DNA of 64,000 bases, taken from an uncultured Actinomycetes bacterium. GTDB taxonomy: Bacteria > Actinomycetota > Thermoleophilia > UBA2241. The position numbers were made by a program, and so were the translations under genes. The DNA is taken from the NCBI GenBank assembly GCA_963767005.1, contig CAVYCN010000002.1, positions 192,001 to 256,000 on the forward strand, read 5' to 3'. Below, piece after piece: positions 60,653 to 64,000 of the stretch. Every line of letters starts with the position of its first letter. Within the stretch, counting starts at the first letter, position 1. The notes below the pieces were generated by a model, which saw only the letters and a program-made list of their open reading frames with translations, was not told where the DNA came from and did no database searches.

Positions 60653-61780
60653 ATGGACCTGCGCGCGTATCTGCGCCATCTCGACTACCTGCTCCTCGCG
60701 GCGATGGTCTGCCTGCTCGTCTACGGCGTCATCATGGTCTATTTCGCGACGCGGTACGACACGGCGACGCCGACTTACTACGCGCGCTCCCAGGTGATCT
60801 ACGCCGCAGTCGGCCTGGTGGCCCTCGTCGTGCTCTCGCGTCTCGACTACGAGCTCTTCCGGCGCTGGCAGTGGCCGCTGTACGCCTTCGCGCTGCTGTC
60901 GATCGCCGCCGTCTTCGCGCTCGGCCCCGTCACGCGCGGCTCGCGCCGCTGGCTGTCGCTGGGCTTCGTCAAGTTCCAGCCGTCCGAGCTCGCCCTGGTG
61001 ATCGTCACGGTGACCCTGGCGGCCTACCTCACCGACCGGCTGCAGAACATCGGCATGCGTCGCATGACGGTCATCGCGCTCGCCTACGTGGCCCTGCCGG
61101 CGGCGCTCGTCTTCGCCCAGCCCGATCTCGGCACGGCCATGGTGTTCGTCGTCCTCGCTCTCACGCTGCTGCTCTTCTACGGCACGTCGTGGACGCATTT
61201 CGCCGCGCTGCTGGGCGCCGCGGCCGGCCTGGCGGTGCTCGTGCTGAAGGTGCTGCCCGCGGTCGGGCTGAGCGTCGTGCACGGCTACCAGATGCAGCGC
61301 CTCACGGTGTTCCTGCACCCCGGCCACGACACGCAGGGGGCGGGCTACAACCTGACGCAGTCGCTGATCGCGGTGGGCTCGGGCGCCCTGCGCGGTCGCG
61401 GCGACCAGGCGACCCAGACCGTCCTCGACTTCCTGCCCGAGCACCACACCGACTTCATCTTCGCCGTCATCGGCGAGCGCTACGGGTTCGTCGGCGCGGC
61501 CGTGCTGCTGCTGCTCTTCGGCATCGTCATCTGGCGCGCGCTGCGCATCGCGACGATCTCGCGCGACCTCTACGGCAGCCTGATCGCGGGCACGATCGCC
61601 GCGATCTTCCTGTTTGAGGTGTTCGTGAACATCGGTATGACTATTGGTATCATGCCGATCACCGGCATCCCGCTGCCGTTCATCAGCTACGGCGGCGCGG
61701 CACTGATCACAGACCTGATGCTGGTCGGTCTCCTCGAGAGCGTTCACCTGCGAGGCCGGCTGGCGGGAAGCGGCGGCTGA
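60653..61780 (+). CDS. rodA: SEDS peptidoglycan glycosyltransferase RodA
   Basis: FQPSE, QPDLGT, PEHHTDFIF, PITGIPLPFISYGG. Confidence 0.93.
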   Translation: MDLRAYLRHLDYLLLAAMVCLLVYGVIMVYFATRYDTATPTYYARSQVIYAAVGLVALVVLSRLDYELFRRWQWPLYAFALLSIAAVFALGPVTRGSRRWLSLGFVKFQPSELALVIVTVTLAAYLTDRLQNIGMRRMTVIALAYVALPAALVFAQPDLGTAMVFVVLALTLLLFYGTSWTHFAALLGAAAGLAVLVLKVLPAVGLSVVHGYQMQRLTVFLHPGHDTQGAGYNLTQSLIAVGSGALRGRGDQATQTVLDFLPEHHTDFIFAVIGERYGFVGAAVLLLLFGIVIWRALRIATISRDLYGSLIAGTIAAIFLFEVFVNIGMTIGIMPITGIPLPFISYGGAALITDLMLVGLLESVHLRGRLAGSGG

Positions 61781-61783
61781 CCC

Positions 61784-62713
61784 ATGGCGCTCACCAACGT
61801 CCGCACGATCCTCAAGGCGCTCGCCGACGTGCGCAAGCACACCCCGAGCGCGAGCCGCATCTGCCTGGTCGGCACGCCCGACCTGCTGGCCGACGCCGCC
61901 CGCATGCTGTCGGCCGGCGCCGACGACGCGAGCGCCGGCCTGAGCCGGGCCTTCGACGTGCTCGAGCGCGCCGACTTTCCCGGCCGCCCCGAGGCGCTGG
62001 CGCGCTGGGCGGTCATCGTGTTCCTCGAAGACGCCCAGGCGCCCGTGCGTCCCGAGCTCGGGCCGACCGTGGCGTTCTGCCGGGCCGCTCACGTGCCGGC
62101 CGTGGTCGCGGCCGTGCGCGACACCGAGGCCGTCACGCTCGACCGGCACGCCTTCATGACCCTCGCCGGGCTGTCGGGGCGCGAGCTCGTGCTGCACACC
62201 CGCGGCACGCCGGCCGGCAAGTCGGCCCTGGCCCGGCGCATCGCGCAGGTAGCCGGGCAGGACGGCCTTGCCCTCGCCGCGGCGCTGCCGGCCCTGCGCC
62301 CGGTGGTCATCCAGCACACGATCGACGCCACCGCTCGCCAGAACGCCGTGGTCGGCGCCGTCATCTTCCTGCCCGGCGCCGACATGCCGGTCATGACCGT
62401 GAACCAGCTCAAGATGGTGCTCCGCATCGGCGCCGCCTACGGCTACAAGCCCGACCTGCAGCGCACCGTCGAGATGCTGGGCGTGATCATGTCCGGCTTC
62501 GGCATGCGCGCCCTGGCGCGCCGCGCCGTCGACTCCGTGCCCGGCCTGGGTTGGGCGATGAAGGCGAGCGTCGGCTACGTCGGCACCGAAGCCATCGGCC
62601 GATCCGCGGTGCTCTACTTCGAAAATGGAGCGCCGCTCACGGCGAGCCGGTTCCCCCGCCTCGCCAGCCAACTTGGAAAGTTTGAGAAGATTGCCAGAGG
62701 ACTCACCCCGTGA
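61784..62713 (+). CDS. DUF697-like hypothetical protein
   Basis: QNAVVG..FLPGADMPVMT.NQLKMV.RIGAAYG. Confidence 0.7.
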   Translation: MALTNVRTILKALADVRKHTPSASRICLVGTPDLLADAARMLSAGADDASAGLSRAFDVLERADFPGRPEALARWAVIVFLEDAQAPVRPELGPTVAFCRAAHVPAVVAAVRDTEAVTLDRHAFMTLAGLSGRELVLHTRGTPAGKSALARRIAQVAGQDGLALAAALPALRPVVIQHTIDATARQNAVVGAVIFLPGADMPVMTVNQLKMVLRIGAAYGYKPDLQRTVEMLGVIMSGFGMRALARRAVDSVPGLGWAMKASVGYVGTEAIGRSAVLYFENGAPLTASRFPRLASQLGKFEKIARGLTP

Positions 62714-64000
62714 GGACCACCGCCCGCAGCAGCTGACCGACCTCCTCGCGCGCGTCGCCCGGCCCGGGCGCTACGTCGGCGGCGAGTTTCACGCCCGCCA
62801 CAAGCCCGCCGGCCGGCCGCGCGTGGTGCTGTCGTACCCCGACGTCTACGAGATCGGGATCGCCAACCTCGGGCTCCAGATCCTCTATGCGCAGATCAAC
62901 GACGCGTCCCCGGCCGCGGCCGAGCGCGCCTACTGCCCATGGCCCGACATGGCCGCTCTCATGCGCGCCCACGGCGTACCGCTGTGGACTCTCGAGAGCG
63001 GCGCGCCGGTCGGCGACGCCGACCTGTGGGGCTTCACGCTCCAGCACGAGCTGACCTACACGAACGTCCTCGAGATGCTCGACCTGGCCGGCGTGCCGCT
63101 GCACGCGGCGGAGCGCTCCGCCGGCGATCCGATCGTGCTCGGCGGCGGGCCCGGCACGGCCAACCCCCTGCCGCTCGCGCGGTTCTTCGACGCCTTCTTT
63201 GTCGGCGAGGCCGAGGGCCGCATCGGCGACCTCGTCGCGGCCCTCGAGGCCCCCGACCGGACCGCGCGCCTGCGCCGTCTGGCCGCGGTGCCCGGCGTGT
63301 GGGTGCCGTCGAGCGCCGCGGACGCGCGCGTGCGGCGTCAGGTGTTCAGCGAGTTCTCTCGCACGCCACCGCTCACGGCGCCGCTCGTGCCCCTGATCGA
63401 AGGCGTCCACGACCGCGCCGTGATCGAGGTCATGCGCGGCTGCACCGCCGGCTGCCGCTTCTGCCAGGCCGGCATCTGGTACCGGCCCGTGCGGGAGCGC
63501 CCCGCGGAGATGGTCGTCGAGGCGGCGGCCGGCGCCCTGCGGGCCACCGGCTGCGACGAGGTCTCCCTCATCTCGCTCTCGTCGTGTGACTACGGTGGCG
63601 TGCGCGCGGCGATCGCCGGCATCCGCGAGCGCTTCCCCCACGTGCGCGTCTCGCTGCCCTCGCTGCGCGTCGATTCGGCCGCCGTCGTGCTCGCCGGCCT
63701 CGGCGCGGAGCAGCGCGGCTCGGTCACCCTCGCCCCCGAGGCGGGCAGCCAGACGCTGCGCGACGCCGTCAACAAGCGGGTCGGCGAGGACGAGTTCACC
63801 GCCGCCGTCGAGGCGGTCTTCCGCGCCGGCTACAGCGGCCTGAAGCTGTATTTCATGGTCGGCCTGCCGGGCGAGACCGACGACGACGTCGCGGCGATCG
63901 CGGGCCTGACCCGCAGGGCGCTCGAACGCGCCGCTGCGACGGCTCCATCGAGGGCGCGCGTCTCCCTGGCGGTCTCGTCGTTCGTGCCCAAGGCGCACAC
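62691..64000 (+). CDS. TIGR03960-type radical SAM protein, 3' truncated
   Basis: Read by hand from TTG 62691: PGRYVGGE, YPDVYEIG, RGCTAGCRFCQAG, LPSLR, APEAG, YFMVGLP. Confidence 0.85.
   Translation, partial: MPEDSPREDHRPQQLTDLLARVARPGRYVGGEFHARHKPAGRPRVVLSYPDVYEIGIANLGLQILYAQINDASPAAAERAYCPWPDMAALMRAHGVPLWTLESGAPVGDADLWGFTLQHELTYTNVLEMLDLAGVPLHAAERSAGDPIVLGGGPGTANPLPLARFFDAFFVGEAEGRIGDLVAALEAPDRTARLRRLAAVPGVWVPSSAADARVRRQVFSEFSRTPPLTAPLVPLIEGVHDRAVIEVMRGCTAGCRFCQAGIWYRPVRERPAEMVVEAAAGALRATGCDEVSLISLSSCDYGGVRAAIAGIRERFPHVRVSLPSLRVDSAAVVLAGLGAEQRGSVTLAPEAGSQTLRDAVNKRVGEDEFTAAVEAVFRAGYSGLKLYFMVGLPGETDDDVAAIAGLTRRALERAAATAPSRARVSLAVSSFVPKAH

Overview
High-GC (~70%) bacterial chromosomal window. 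Gene order and protein style suggest Actinomycetota, probably Thermoleophilia-like and anaerobic or amino-acid fermenting (inference). Left to right: AddAB-type helicase/nuclease, a secreted S53 peptidase, a STAND-like ATPase with 44-aa repeats, a truncated PP2C gene beside a frameshifted IS3-family (IS6110-like) element, and a ~320-nt structured non-coding element. Next come a B12-dependent ornithine oxidation cluster (ord-ortAB-oraSE-reactivase; orr lies 6.5 kb downstream with a cDPGS/ArcE-like ATPase and OTCase), lhr-nei, two tandem protein O-mannosyltransferases, satP, hutU-hutI-ftcD, a lexA operon, corA and five tRNAs. The right end is core: tig-clpP-clpX-valS-folC and ndk-maf-mreBCD-mrdA-rodA-radical SAM. 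The best candidate for an undescribed system is at 35.1-37.4 kb (minus strand). A sigma-28-type promoter precedes two unannotated 30-31 aa paralogous signal-peptide-like precursors ending SGA[FW]xKW[SD], then a multi-TM HD-GYP phosphodiesterase and a DUF5317-like membrane protein carrying signal-peptidase-II-like Asp motifs. This suggests a peptide-pheromone / c-di-GMP signalling cassette.
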